DNA from: a virus
Taxonomy: Duplodnaviria > Caudoviricetes
Strand: one strand, 5' to 3'
Virus record (IMG/VR): IMGVR_UViG_3300022891_000003
Location: 1-63,221 of that record
DNA length: 63,221 bases
The position numbers and the translations under genes were made by a program. The notes under the pieces are model-generated. The model saw nothing but the letters and a program-made list of their open reading frames with translations. It had not been told where the DNA came from and ran no database searches. This document shows positions 1 to 8,743 of this stretch, in pieces (the stretch's first letter is position 1; every line of letters starts with the position of its first letter).

Positions 1-135
1 CCGGGTGGGCGGTGCATCGAGTGGTCATCTCGGACCTGCTCGTGCACGGGCAGGTGGGAGTGATCTCGCGGATGTGGTATCGAGTGGGGCAGTTTCGTTC
101 GCCGTCTACTAGTGCGGCCGTGGACTCGTATCTGG
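1..135. repeat. Terminal direct repeat, left copy (circular assembly overlap)
   Basis: 1-135 matches 63087-63221 except position 9 (g vs t at 63095). Confidence 0.95.
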
Positions 136-473
136 CGCTGGCTCGGGCCGCGTGGGACAAGGCTGATGATGAGGACATCGTGGTCCTCGGGTACGAGGGG
201 TTCTCGTTGCAGATGCTCTCTTCGGACCCGGCGTTGCTGGAGCCGGTGCGGTTCGAGGCCGTCCTGCACGATCGACTGCGGGGGAGCGGGGTGGTGGCGG
301 AGAGACAGATGCCGGGGGAGCGGTCCATCATCACGGATGCTCGGTTGCGGTTGTGGGGGCTGTGGCAGCCGGGTGTGGAGCATGGTCGAGATGCGCAGCG
401 GCACGGCTTGGCGTTCCTGCGCCGGTTCGCCGGTCAGGAGGCGTTGCGTAAGCGTCTCGGATGGGAGGGGTAG
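1..473 (+). CDS. RuvC-like Holliday junction resolvase, C-terminal part
   Basis: In frame with the 63041 start; GYEGF and HGRDAQRH motifs typical of phage RuvC-like proteins. Confidence 0.75.
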   Translation, partial: GWAVHRVVISDLLVHGQVGVISRMWYRVGQFRSPSTSAAVDSYLALARAAWDKADDEDIVVLGYEGFSLQMLSSDPALLEPVRFEAVLHDRLRGSGVVAERQMPGERSIITDARLRLWGLWQPGVEHGRDAQRHGLAFLRRFAGQEALRKRLGWEG

Positions 474-532
474 GTCGTTACTTTTACTTTCATCCTCCTC
501 CCGGTGCTGGGGCCTAGCACTGTCAAAAATCC

Positions 533-572
533 GCCCCTCACGTGCGCGGGTCGCGACACGCGCGACGCGTGA
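533..572. promoter_or_regulatory. Palindromic element centred on GTCGCGAC (copy 1)
   Basis: GCCCCTCACGTGCGCGGGTCGCGACACGCGCGACGCGTGA, similar to 46228-46270. Confidence 0.55.
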
Positions 573-715
573 AGAACCGAAAAAAGAAAATCCGGCCAAG
601 CCAATACGCGTCTCGTCTAGGAAATCAAAAGTAATGAAGAGTCGAGTCGTAGGTGTATAGGTAGTAGAACCCCATAAGTAATTACGGAAAGTAAAAGCAT
701 GCTAGGCTGTGGGGT

Positions 716-1042
716 ATGGGAAAGCAGATAACTACGTACCTGCGCGGGCCGCTGGTAGACGCGTATGAGAAGGCTCTCGAAGGAGAGGGTCAGAGCTCAT
801 ATCAGCTGCTTACGCAAGCAGTGCGGGAGTTCCTGGCGTTGCGTGGCTACATCGCACCGGCGCCTAGGAAGGTGGCTGTTGTCGGTCCGGAGAAGGAGGT
901 GTACGAGAGGGAGCTGGACCGACAGGCCGACTTCGTAATTCGAGACAAGGCGCTACTGCGGCGCATTGAAGAGAAGCTTCGGGTAGAGCAGGAGGGAGTT
1001 TCCAAGGTCGGGCTTCGGCGCAGGCGTAGGCTTGCGAGGTAA
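716..1042 (+). CDS. Ribbon-helix-helix-like DNA-binding protein
   Basis: N-terminal strand QITTYL followed by helices ending LLTQAVREFL; basic C-terminus. Confidence 0.5.
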   Translation: MGKQITTYLRGPLVDAYEKALEGEGQSSYQLLTQAVREFLALRGYIAPAPRKVAVVGPEKEVYERELDRQADFVIRDKALLRRIEEKLRVEQEGVSKVGLRRRRRLAR

Positions 1043-1076
1043 TGGCAATCGTCTTTTTTCCTTGGGGGTAAAAGTA

Positions 1077-1253
1077 ATGTCACAACCAAGCAATCAGCCG
1101 AGCGAGTTCGGCGGGTACCCGGGCACGATTCAGCCGGAGCCGCACAAGCTCACAAGCGTCGAGGAAGCACGCCTGGCGCGGCGCGTTGACTCGGCTTCAG
1201 CGGAGGACAACATCGAGGCCGCTCGCGAGCGGGAAACGAAAGGCGAGTTCTGA
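1077..1253 (+). CDS. Hypothetical protein
   Basis: ATG after GGGGG-type RBS; typical codon usage. Confidence 0.5.
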   Translation: MSQPSNQPSEFGGYPGTIQPEPHKLTSVEEARLARRVDSASAEDNIEAARERETKGEF

Positions 1254-1422
1254 TGGTGGGCAGAAGAAGGCCCATGTATGCCACCACGTCGAACGGTAAA
1301 CGGATTTTGATGGGAATGCAAAAGATCAGCCTATCTCAATTTATTCGGGAGTGGCTCACCGAGAGAGCTCCGCTTTTTGCGCTGCTGATAAGCACGGCGG
1401 CTCTTTTTGTGGCGGTGTTCAA

Positions 1423-1539
1423 GTGAAGGCGTGGCAGGTGCTGGCGCTCGGGCTACCGGCGTCTTTCATCGTGGGCACCACGCTGGCCTACTGCGCCATG
1501 ATCGTCGGGGCCAGCTTCCTCGGGTCGGTGTTCGGATGA
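1423..1539 (+). CDS. Small membrane protein
   Basis: Hydrophobic 38 aa ORF, overlaps next start (ATGA). Confidence 0.45.
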   Translation: MKAWQVLALGLPASFIVGTTLAYCAMIVGASFLGSVFG

Positions 1540-1817
1540 GCGACCAAGAGCCCGACGCGATGCAGCGGGCGCGGCTGGCCAACGGCGGGCGCGGTGAAGT
1601 GAACGCTGCGCCGGGCAAGTTTCAGCAGGCCGCGCAGGAGGCGCTCAAGCCGACGTATCGCAAGAAGCTCATGGACAACGGCCAGGCAACCCCGTCGTTC
1701 ATGATCGTCGTATACGAGGGGTGGCGCAGCTGGATCCTCTGCACGGACATGTACGAGTGGGCGGCTGACCGGCTCATTCTCATCTTGGAGGAGGTTGAGG
1801 TGTCGTGGCCTCAATAA
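1536..1817 (+). CDS. Hypothetical protein
   Basis: ATG coupled to upstream stop. Confidence 0.55.
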   Translation: MSDQEPDAMQRARLANGGRGEVNAAPGKFQQAAQEALKPTYRKKLMDNGQATPSFMIVVYEGWRSWILCTDMYEWAADRLILILEEVEVSWPQ

Positions 1818-1975
1818 GTGTGCAGGTCACGTGGATGGATGGGCGGCGGGAGACCTATACCCGCGTAGAGAAGGCCAACCTGGACAAAGAGGGCCGCAAT
1901 CTGCTCGTATATGAGCGCGGCGTGCTGACCATGGTCATTCCGCTGGGTAACGTGCGCCTGGTGGAGTACACGTGA
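1805..1975 (+). CDS. Hypothetical protein
   Basis: GGAGG RBS upstream, 56 aa, fills gap and couples to next ORF (GTGA). Confidence 0.45.
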   Translation: MASISVQVTWMDGRRETYTRVEKANLDKEGRNLLVYERGVLTMVIPLGNVRLVEYT

Positions 1976-2178
1976 TTGTCAAGTACTGGGTCGTTCTGTT
2001 CGTGGCCTGGGCGGTGTGGGCTGTGGGCGGCTGGGCGGTGACTCTGCTGCTAGTGCGCCATATGCACAACGACGCGTTCAGCGCCATCGGCATTGCGGTG
2101 TGGCTGATGGCGAGCGCGGTCGGCGTCGGTCTGGGGGCTGGTTCGGTACTGGACAGATGGCGCATGCGCGGCCGGTAG
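1972..2178 (+). CDS. Two-TM membrane protein
   Basis: Two hydrophobic segments. Confidence 0.55.
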   Translation: MIVKYWVVLFVAWAVWAVGGWAVTLLLVRHMHNDAFSAIGIAVWLMASAVGVGLGAGSVLDRWRMRGR

Positions 2179-2187
2179 ACTACTGGC

Positions 2188-2880
2188 ATGGGATGGACAC
2201 CGAAGCGCACCAGCGGGGCGGGGTCGAGCGCTGGAGATGGCTCGGCCTCCCCCACCCCACCTCGTCGCAGGCGTAGCGCCGTAGTGGCGGCCGGAACGGA
2301 CGACCTACCGGCCGCGCCGGTACGGCCTCCGGGTGGTGTGAACAATCAGGCAGGTTACGGCCGGGATGACAGGCCGCGTGACATCACCGTGCGCCTTGGC
2401 AAGCGGTGGAGCGAGATCGTAGGCAATGTCAAGGCGGGTGAGTACACCTGGGCCGAGTTCGTAGACGGCCTGGATGAGGAGGAACTGGCCCGTGGCCAGC
2501 TGAAAGACAAGAACGGCAAGTTCCAGGGGCGCCCGCCCACCGTGGTACCGCGCGAGTTCCTGCTGGCCTGCCAGCGGGAGATGAAGCGCCGTTTCGACGA
2601 GCTCTTCCAGAGCGACGTTATCCCCATCGCCAAGGAATACCTGAAGATGGCGCAGTCCAAGGACCTGAAGCCCGAGACCAAGGCGAAGATGTTGCAGTAC
2701 GCCATGGAGCGGGTGTTCGGGGGCATCCCCAAGGACGTCACCATCCGTCAGGAGCAGCCGTGGGAGCAGCTCGTGGTTAACGTCATGGGCAGCGACGACG
2801 ATCGGCAGATACCTCCGCATCTTCAGGAGCGCTACGAGCGCTACGAGGAGCGTAAGGGCGGGGATAACTTCGAGGAGTAG
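2188..2880 (+). CDS. Terminase small subunit (putative)
   Basis: LDEEELARGQLKDKNGKFQGRPP motif recalled from actinophage TerS-like proteins; upstream of TerL. Confidence 0.6.
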   Translation: MGWTPKRTSGAGSSAGDGSASPTPPRRRRSAVVAAGTDDLPAAPVRPPGGVNNQAGYGRDDRPRDITVRLGKRWSEIVGNVKAGEYTWAEFVDGLDEEELARGQLKDKNGKFQGRPPTVVPREFLLACQREMKRRFDELFQSDVIPIAKEYLKMAQSKDLKPETKAKMLQYAMERVFGGIPKDVTIRQEQPWEQLVVNVMGSDDDRQIPPHLQERYERYEERKGGDNFEE

Positions 2881-2886
2881 GGGGAC

Positions 2887-3186
2887 GTGGTGGCTAGCGC
2901 GGACATGGAGACCGTTGTCACCTTCTTCGCTAATCCGTACCTGCGTTGCGACACTTGCGGCAGGCGCGCCGTGGGTATCGTAGGCGCGATGAATCAGGTG
3001 GTGAACCTACTCAACGGGCTCATCACCGTGACAGTTCCAGGCACGGCGCTCAACTGGCCGTGCTATGACCAGGCCACCCGCACTAGCGTGTGCGAGAACT
3101 GGACCAGCACCACCGGTTGCCAGCACGTGATGGCGGATCGGGCTCGGCACAGCAACAGCTTCACGTTCGAGGGAACGAGGAGGTGA
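2887..3186 (+). CDS. Cys-rich hypothetical protein
   Basis: CxxC plus further Cys/His. Confidence 0.5.
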   Translation: MVASADMETVVTFFANPYLRCDTCGRRAVGIVGAMNQVVNLLNGLITVTVPGTALNWPCYDQATRTSVCENWTSTTGCQHVMADRARHSNSFTFEGTRR

Positions 3187-3190
3187 GGTT

Positions 3191-3310
3191 ATGGCAGGCA
3201 ACAGCATCAAGTGTCCGCGTGTGTACCGTGCCCTGAGGCGGAAGGGCTACGGCAAGACCAAGGCGGCTACCATTAGCAACGGCCTACGCAAGAAGAGAGG
3301 ACACTGCTAA
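3191..3310 (+). CDS. Small basic protein
   Basis: GAGG RBS; MAGNSIKCPRVYRALRRKGYGKTKAATISN..., 39 aa, below the ORF-track cutoff. Confidence 0.55.
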   Translation: MAGNSIKCPRVYRALRRKGYGKTKAATISNGLRKKRGHC

Positions 3311-3498
3311 TGGCGCAGCCCGAGGAAGAGACCCCGGTAGAAGGCACCAAGACCCATGTCTACGAGATCAGGGTGACGGTGCCGCAGAGCACTACCCTGC
3401 CCGTTGACGAAGACGTGGTGGACGCGGTGCGCGGTGCGGTCGGTGGTAGCCTGCCTACCGAGGCCCTCCGCATCAGTGCCAGTTACGACGAGATCTAA
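3310..3498 (+). CDS. Hypothetical protein
   Basis: TAATG coupling. Confidence 0.55.
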   Translation: MAQPEEETPVEGTKTHVYEIRVTVPQSTTLPVDEDVVDAVRGAVGGSLPTEALRISASYDEI

Positions 3499-3597
3499 CA
3501 ACAGACCCTCGGCCCCGTAGGCAGGCGAATGCGCCACCGGTACGTCCGGAGCGTAGAGCGACCAAGCGCGGGGCCGAGCTATACCTAGGAGCTAGGC

Positions 3598-4053
3598 GTG
3601 CTAACCGTTACCAAGTCGACCGTGACGGCCATTCTGCGCTGGGCCAGCGAGCACCCCGAGGTGGAGGTCTGCGGGCTCGTATGGGCTTCTGAGCGGCCTG
3701 GAGCCTTCCGTCAGACGGTGCACCCGCTGCCCAACATCCACCCGAAACCGCAGAACTACTACCGCACGGCGCCGAAGGACGTTCGTGAGGCGTTCGAGTT
3801 GATGGACGAGCAAGGCGGAGAGCCGTTGGCCTGGTATCACAGCCATCCGAGCGGTAAGCCGGACCCCAGTGTGGAGGACATGCTGGGTGCCATGAACACC
3901 GGCATGCATTACCTCATCGCTTATCCGGACAAGGAGCTGGCGGCCAAGATGCGTGGCGACCTGTTCCGCGAGGGGCCGCCCTGGCGCATCAGCGCGTGGG
4001 AGTGCATCAGCACTGGCGTGCTGGTCGAGGCGGAATACGAGGTGCAGGGATGA
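3598..4053 (+). CDS. JAB/MPN+ (Mov34) metallopeptidase
   Basis: EVCG...WYHSHPSGKPDPSVED = JAMM motif E...HxH-x7-S-xx-D. Confidence 0.85.
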   Translation: MLTVTKSTVTAILRWASEHPEVEVCGLVWASERPGAFRQTVHPLPNIHPKPQNYYRTAPKDVREAFELMDEQGGEPLAWYHSHPSGKPDPSVEDMLGAMNTGMHYLIAYPDKELAAKMRGDLFREGPPWRISAWECISTGVLVEAEYEVQG

Positions 4054-4145
4054 AGACCCTGATAGCCGTACTGGGCGGGGTAGTTCTGGGGGTCGTCGGG
4101 TTCGCAGCCTGGCTCATGTGGTACTTCCGGGACGTGATGAAGTGA
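4050..4145 (+). CDS. Small membrane protein
   Basis: 31 aa hydrophobic ORF coupled to both neighbours. Confidence 0.5.
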   Translation: MKTLIAVLGGVVLGVVGFAAWLMWYFRDVMK

Positions 4146-5644
4146 GAACCGTTCACCTGAGCAAGCCGCGCTTGTGGCGGGAGCTCGGGTACCGGCCGAA
4201 TCTGGCGCAGCGCAAGGTGCATCGGAGCCGGGCGCGGCACCGGGTCAACTGTGCGGGCAGGCGTACCGGTAAGAGCGTCAGTGGTGGGCGGGAGCTCATG
4301 CCGTGGGCCATCATGGCGCGGCACATGAAGCCGATGCTGGACCAGATAGGCGTGCGCGCGGAGTACTGGATCGTGGGGCCTAACTACACGGACAGCGAGA
4401 AGGAGTTCCGCGTCTTCTACAACGACGCGCGGCGCATGGGCATGCCGTTCGACAAGCCCGGTACCTACTACGACCCTAAGGGCAACATGAGCGTGAGCCT
4501 GTGGGACGGGGCGTTCATCTTGCACGCCAAGAGCGGCGCGCACCCGGAGTCCCTGGTCGGTGAGGGCCTGCACGGCGTCATCATGAGCGAGGCGGCCAAG
4601 CTGAAGGAAAGCGTTTGGCAGCGGTTCATCCGACCCACCCTGGCTGACTTCGTGGGCGAGAGCGTGTGGAACACTACGCCGGAGGGCAAGAACTGGTTCT
4701 ACGACATCTTTCAGCAGGGCCAGGACCGCAACCGTACGGACTGGGAAAGCTGGCGGCATCCGAGCTGGGTAAACACCAGTGTCTTTCGCAAGCAGACCAC
4801 CCAGGAAGACGTCAACGTGCTCAAGGAGATGCTTGAGCGAGACCTGAGCGGGGTTGATGATGTCGTGCTGGCCGGTCTTAACGTGGACCCCGAGATCATC
4901 GCCATGGCCAAGGACCTTACCCCGGAAGCGTTCGCGCAGGAGGTCGAGGCCAGCTTCAGCGAGCACGTCGGGCGGGTGTTCAAGCGCTGGGATGAGGACA
5001 AGCACGTAACAGATCTGCCGTACAACCCGGAGTGGCCGCTCTACATCGCCACCGACTACGGCTACACCGATCCGAACGTGGCGCTGTTCATTCAACCCGG
5101 TCCGCACGGCCAGATCAACGTCATCGCGGAGTACTACCGCACGCACCGCACCAACGAAGAGTTCGCGCTTGACGTGCTGAGCGATCCTCGCCTGAGCTGG
5201 CTCGTGACCAAGGCCAAAGGCATCTATCCGGAACCCGCCGACCCGGGCGCCACCGAGACGCTGTGCGAGTACTGGCAGCTACCGGCCTTCGGCGGCACCC
5301 AGAGCGAGATCAAGCCGCGCATCGAGGCCATCGAAGCCAAGCTCAAGCACCGAAACGCGCATCTACCGTGGGAGCACGAAGAGCGGGTGCCCTGGCTGCG
5401 CTTCGACCGGAGCTGCACCTACGGCCGGTACGAGATGGACGCCTACAAGTGGCCGGACAAGCGCAAGCGCAAGGGACCCAACGGCACGGAGGTCCCGGAG
5501 GACAAGGACAACCACGTGCCCGAGGCGCTAGGGCGCTTCTTCGCTGGCCACGGGCTCATCAAGGGTACGCGCTCGAGGGTGAGCGATGCCCTCGGTAGAG
5601 GCCCCGACTCGGTGCGTAGGCGGCGCACGGCCCGGCGCCGGTAA
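4142..5644 (+). CDS. terL: Terminase large subunit
   Basis: Walker A AGRRTGKS, Walker B-like VIMSEAA, TTPEG coupling motif, nuclease ATDYG and DKDNH; likely GTG start at 4142. Confidence 0.92.
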   Translation: MRTVHLSKPRLWRELGYRPNLAQRKVHRSRARHRVNCAGRRTGKSVSGGRELMPWAIMARHMKPMLDQIGVRAEYWIVGPNYTDSEKEFRVFYNDARRMGMPFDKPGTYYDPKGNMSVSLWDGAFILHAKSGAHPESLVGEGLHGVIMSEAAKLKESVWQRFIRPTLADFVGESVWNTTPEGKNWFYDIFQQGQDRNRTDWESWRHPSWVNTSVFRKQTTQEDVNVLKEMLERDLSGVDDVVLAGLNVDPEIIAMAKDLTPEAFAQEVEASFSEHVGRVFKRWDEDKHVTDLPYNPEWPLYIATDYGYTDPNVALFIQPGPHGQINVIAEYYRTHRTNEEFALDVLSDPRLSWLVTKAKGIYPEPADPGATETLCEYWQLPAFGGTQSEIKPRIEAIEAKLKHRNAHLPWEHEERVPWLRFDRSCTYGRYEMDAYKWPDKRKRKGPNGTEVPEDKDNHVPEALGRFFAGHGLIKGTRSRVSDALGRGPDSVRRRRTARRR

Positions 5645-5688
5645 GCTGGCGGCTAACGGCCATGTAGCGCCGTCGTGAAGGAGGACCA

Positions 5689-7212
5689 GTGTCACAGCCC
5701 GTAGCGTTCAGCCAGTGGTCGAGCGCGAGTCAGTTCGTCAAGACCCTGCCAGGCTGGGTGCCACCGACGCACCAGCAGCGCATCGCCGCGTACGGCATCT
5801 ACAACGAGATTTACTGGAGCCACATCTCCAGTGAGTACAAGGTGATGAACCGTGGTCTGGATGCGGATGACCAGCCGGTGTACGTACCCAGCAGCCGCAT
5901 CGTTGTCGACACTATCAACCGGTACGTGGCGCCCAAGCTCACGTTCAGCGTCGATCCGGCCACCGGGACGGAAACCAGCCAGCTCCAGGCGCGCCAGGCG
6001 TTCGAAGCGCTGTTCGCTCGGGAGCGATGGGGCAGCCGGTACAACGCGGCCAAGCGCGACGGAACCATCAACGGAGACTGGGGCTGGCACATCACCGCCG
6101 ACCCCGCCAAGGAGCAAGGCAAGCGCCTGAGCATCGTGCCGTTCCGGGCGGAGAGCTACTTCCCGGTGTTCGAGGACGAGATGGTGCTCGGCGGGGACCC
6201 GGACAAGATGGTCATGGTCGTGCTGGCCGAACAGGTACAGGTCGGGGAGGACACGCGCGTCCGCACGCAGCGTTACGTCCGCCAGGAAAACGGCACCATC
6301 GCGAGTACCGTCGACCTGTGGGAGCCGGACAAGTGGTTCCTGTGGGGGTACGCCGATGACGACGCGGACCCCGTCGAGGTAATCAGCCCTCCCACCCTCC
6401 TTCCCGCAGGTATCACGGCTTTCCCGGTGTATCACGTGCCGCACCGGCCTAGCGTGGGCGAGACGTTCGGTAGTAGCCCGATGCGCGGTCTCGAGGTGCT
6501 TCAGGCGGCCCTGAACCAGGGCATGACCGATGAGGACCTGAGCTTGGCGCTCATGGGCCTAGGCGTGTACGCCACGGACGTGGCCGGTAGTCCACGTAAC
6601 GACCAAGGGGAACTGATCACCTGGCCCATCTACCCTGGTGCGGTCATCGAAAACAGCAAGGGCTTCCGCAAGGTGGAGGGCTTGACCGGCCTCCAGCCGT
6701 ACACCGACCACCTCGGTCGCCTGGAGGGGTACTACGGGGACGCTACCGGCGCCACGGACGCGGCGCGCGGGCGGGTGGAGGTGCAGGAGGCGGAGAGCGG
6801 GGTGGCCCTGCGGCTGCGGCTCGGCCCGACACTGGCGTTGGCGGAGGATCAGGACGCCATCATCCTGGACGTGCACGCTCAGATGTTCTATGACCTAGTG
6901 CAGATGTGGTTCCCGGCCTACGAGCAGCTCAACTTCACGGACGTCACGGTCAAGCCGGTGCTGGGGGACAAGCTCCCCGTAAACCGCAAGGAAGAAGTGG
7001 AGATGGTCAACGGTCTGGTGCTCGGGGGAATCCTCAGTGCGGCCAGCGCGCGGCAGTACCTCGTCAAGCGTGGCTTCGCAGATCTGTTCGACCCGCGCGA
7101 GGGCGAGCTGGTGCTCGCGGAGAAGGTCGCGAACTCGGCGGCCGAGCAGGGGGACAGCGCCCTCGAGGGCCGGGAGAAGGACGAACTGGCCGACGGGGAC
7201 GTCGATGAGTGA
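5689..7212 (+). CDS. Portal protein
   Basis: 507 aa immediately after TerL; ESGVAL motif typical of SPP1-like portals. Confidence 0.85.
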   Translation: MSQPVAFSQWSSASQFVKTLPGWVPPTHQQRIAAYGIYNEIYWSHISSEYKVMNRGLDADDQPVYVPSSRIVVDTINRYVAPKLTFSVDPATGTETSQLQARQAFEALFARERWGSRYNAAKRDGTINGDWGWHITADPAKEQGKRLSIVPFRAESYFPVFEDEMVLGGDPDKMVMVVLAEQVQVGEDTRVRTQRYVRQENGTIASTVDLWEPDKWFLWGYADDDADPVEVISPPTLLPAGITAFPVYHVPHRPSVGETFGSSPMRGLEVLQAALNQGMTDEDLSLALMGLGVYATDVAGSPRNDQGELITWPIYPGAVIENSKGFRKVEGLTGLQPYTDHLGRLEGYYGDATGATDAARGRVEVQEAESGVALRLRLGPTLALAEDQDAIILDVHAQMFYDLVQMWFPAYEQLNFTDVTVKPVLGDKLPVNRKEEVEMVNGLVLGGILSAASARQYLVKRGFADLFDPREGELVLAEKVANSAAEQGDSALEGREKDELADGDVDE

Positions 7213-7471
7213 CGAAGAGGACCGCCGAAGCAAGAGCGCACAGCTTTCCAGGGCCATCGAGGATCATCTTGCTGCCGCCGGTGAGACCGACATGCTGGGC
7301 GACTGGATCGTCATCGCCAGCACGGTGACCGTGGACAGGCAGGGCGACCCGGTAGCCCGGTATCACATGGCCTTCAGCGGAGGCAGCATGCTGGACCATC
7401 ACGCGCTCGGACTTCTGGCCAAGGCTGACGAGCTTTTGAGCGATGGGACTATGCGGGAAGAAGAAGGCTGA
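7205..7471 (+). CDS. Hypothetical protein
   Basis: ATG overlapping portal end; coupled to next gene. Confidence 0.55.
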   Translation: MSDEEDRRSKSAQLSRAIEDHLAAAGETDMLGDWIVIASTVTVDRQGDPVARYHMAFSGGSMLDHHALGLLAKADELLSDGTMREEEG

Positions 7472-8388
7472 TGGCTCAGCCTCTTCCCAAGCCGAATCAG
7501 CCACTCCTGGACGTGCTGAAGCTGAGCGGTACCACCATCTCCGAGATGAATCAGATGCTGACGGACGGCGCGCAGGAAGCCGAGCGGCTCATCCCCAAGC
7601 TGCTCGAGAAGCACACCACCGGTAGTCAGGTGAAGGCGGCTCAATTGCAACTGGTGTTGCGCGAGCTGAAGGTAGCGCAGTCGGCTCTGTGGGGCGATCT
7701 GGGCGCCGTAACCCGCTCAGGGGTAGAGGCGAGCGTACTCCAGGCCGCGACAAGCGCAGAGGGCGTTCTGCTGCGAACGTTCAACAAGCACGGCATTCCC
7801 ACGAAGGACTATCTGGCCAGCCTGCGCGAGCAGGCTCGGCAGGGCATCCAAGCCGTGCTGGCCAAGGCTCAGAACGGTATTCCACTCAGTCGCGCGGTGT
7901 ACAAGACGCAGGCGCTGGCGCAGGGGCTCGTGGACCGTAAGCTCAAGCAGGGCCTCCTGCTCAACATGAACGCCAAGGCCATCGCCAAGAGCGTACGGGA
8001 CCTCATTGACCCCAAGGTCAAGGGCGGGGTCAGCTACGCCGCGCATCGGCTAGCCAGGACGGAGATCAACAATGCCTACAAGACCAGCCAGGAGAACCGC
8101 TACGCCGGAGAGCCCTGGACCCGTGGCATGCGGTGGAACCTCAGCGGCAGCCATCCCGCGCCCGACATCTGCAACGCCCTGGCCTATCGAGACGATCATG
8201 GTCTCGGAGAAGGCGTCTACCCAGTTGGTGGTCGGCCACGTAGTCACCCTAACTGCCTCTGCTATCTCACGCCGGAGCAGCTGAGCGAGGACGACTTCAT
8301 CGACGCGTTCGTGGCGGGCGAGTACAACACCTACCTCGACGAGCAGCTGTACGGGTACGCTCCGAGAGAGGACCTGCCATGTCCGTGA
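7471..8388 (+). CDS. MuF-like minor capsid protein
   Basis: RLARTEIN, DICN and HPNCLC motifs; post-portal position. Confidence 0.8.
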   Translation: MAQPLPKPNQPLLDVLKLSGTTISEMNQMLTDGAQEAERLIPKLLEKHTTGSQVKAAQLQLVLRELKVAQSALWGDLGAVTRSGVEASVLQAATSAEGVLLRTFNKHGIPTKDYLASLREQARQGIQAVLAKAQNGIPLSRAVYKTQALAQGLVDRKLKQGLLLNMNAKAIAKSVRDLIDPKVKGGVSYAAHRLARTEINNAYKTSQENRYAGEPWTRGMRWNLSGSHPAPDICNALAYRDDHGLGEGVYPVGGRPRSHPNCLCYLTPEQLSEDDFIDAFVAGEYNTYLDEQLYGYAPREDLPCP

Positions 8389-8603
8389 GCAACAACAGGC
8401 CGTGCCCCACCTGTCAAGGACCTAACCGACAGACCACCGACATGATCTGCCGTACCTGCCTGACCAGCCACAGCCCCGAGTCCTGGGCCTGGTGGACCAT
8501 CGCAGGCGACGAGCTGATGAAGATGCTCTACCGTGTCCAGAACGGCGACGAGCCCGGCATCGTCTACACCGAGGCGTACGTCAACTCGGATCACGAACGG
8601 TGA
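8385..8603 (+). CDS. Small Zn-finger protein
   Basis: CPTC...CRTC. Confidence 0.5.
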   Translation: MSNNRPCPTCQGPNRQTTDMICRTCLTSHSPESWAWWTIAGDELMKMLYRVQNGDEPGIVYTEAYVNSDHER

Positions 8604-8743
8604 TGCCCGTGATCACGTATCGATGCACGTGGTGCAGTCGCGTGCGGCTGTGGCTGCACGGGCTCCTGGTCTGTACGTGGTGCGACCACGCGAACAGCAT
8701 GCCGAACGCGGACCAGGTGGAGAGGCCACCCGATGCCCGTTAA
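8603..8743 (+). CDS. Small Zn-ribbon protein
   Basis: CTWC...CTWCD; TGATG coupling. Confidence 0.45.
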   Translation: MPVITYRCTWCSRVRLWLHGLLVCTWCDHANSMPNADQVERPPDAR

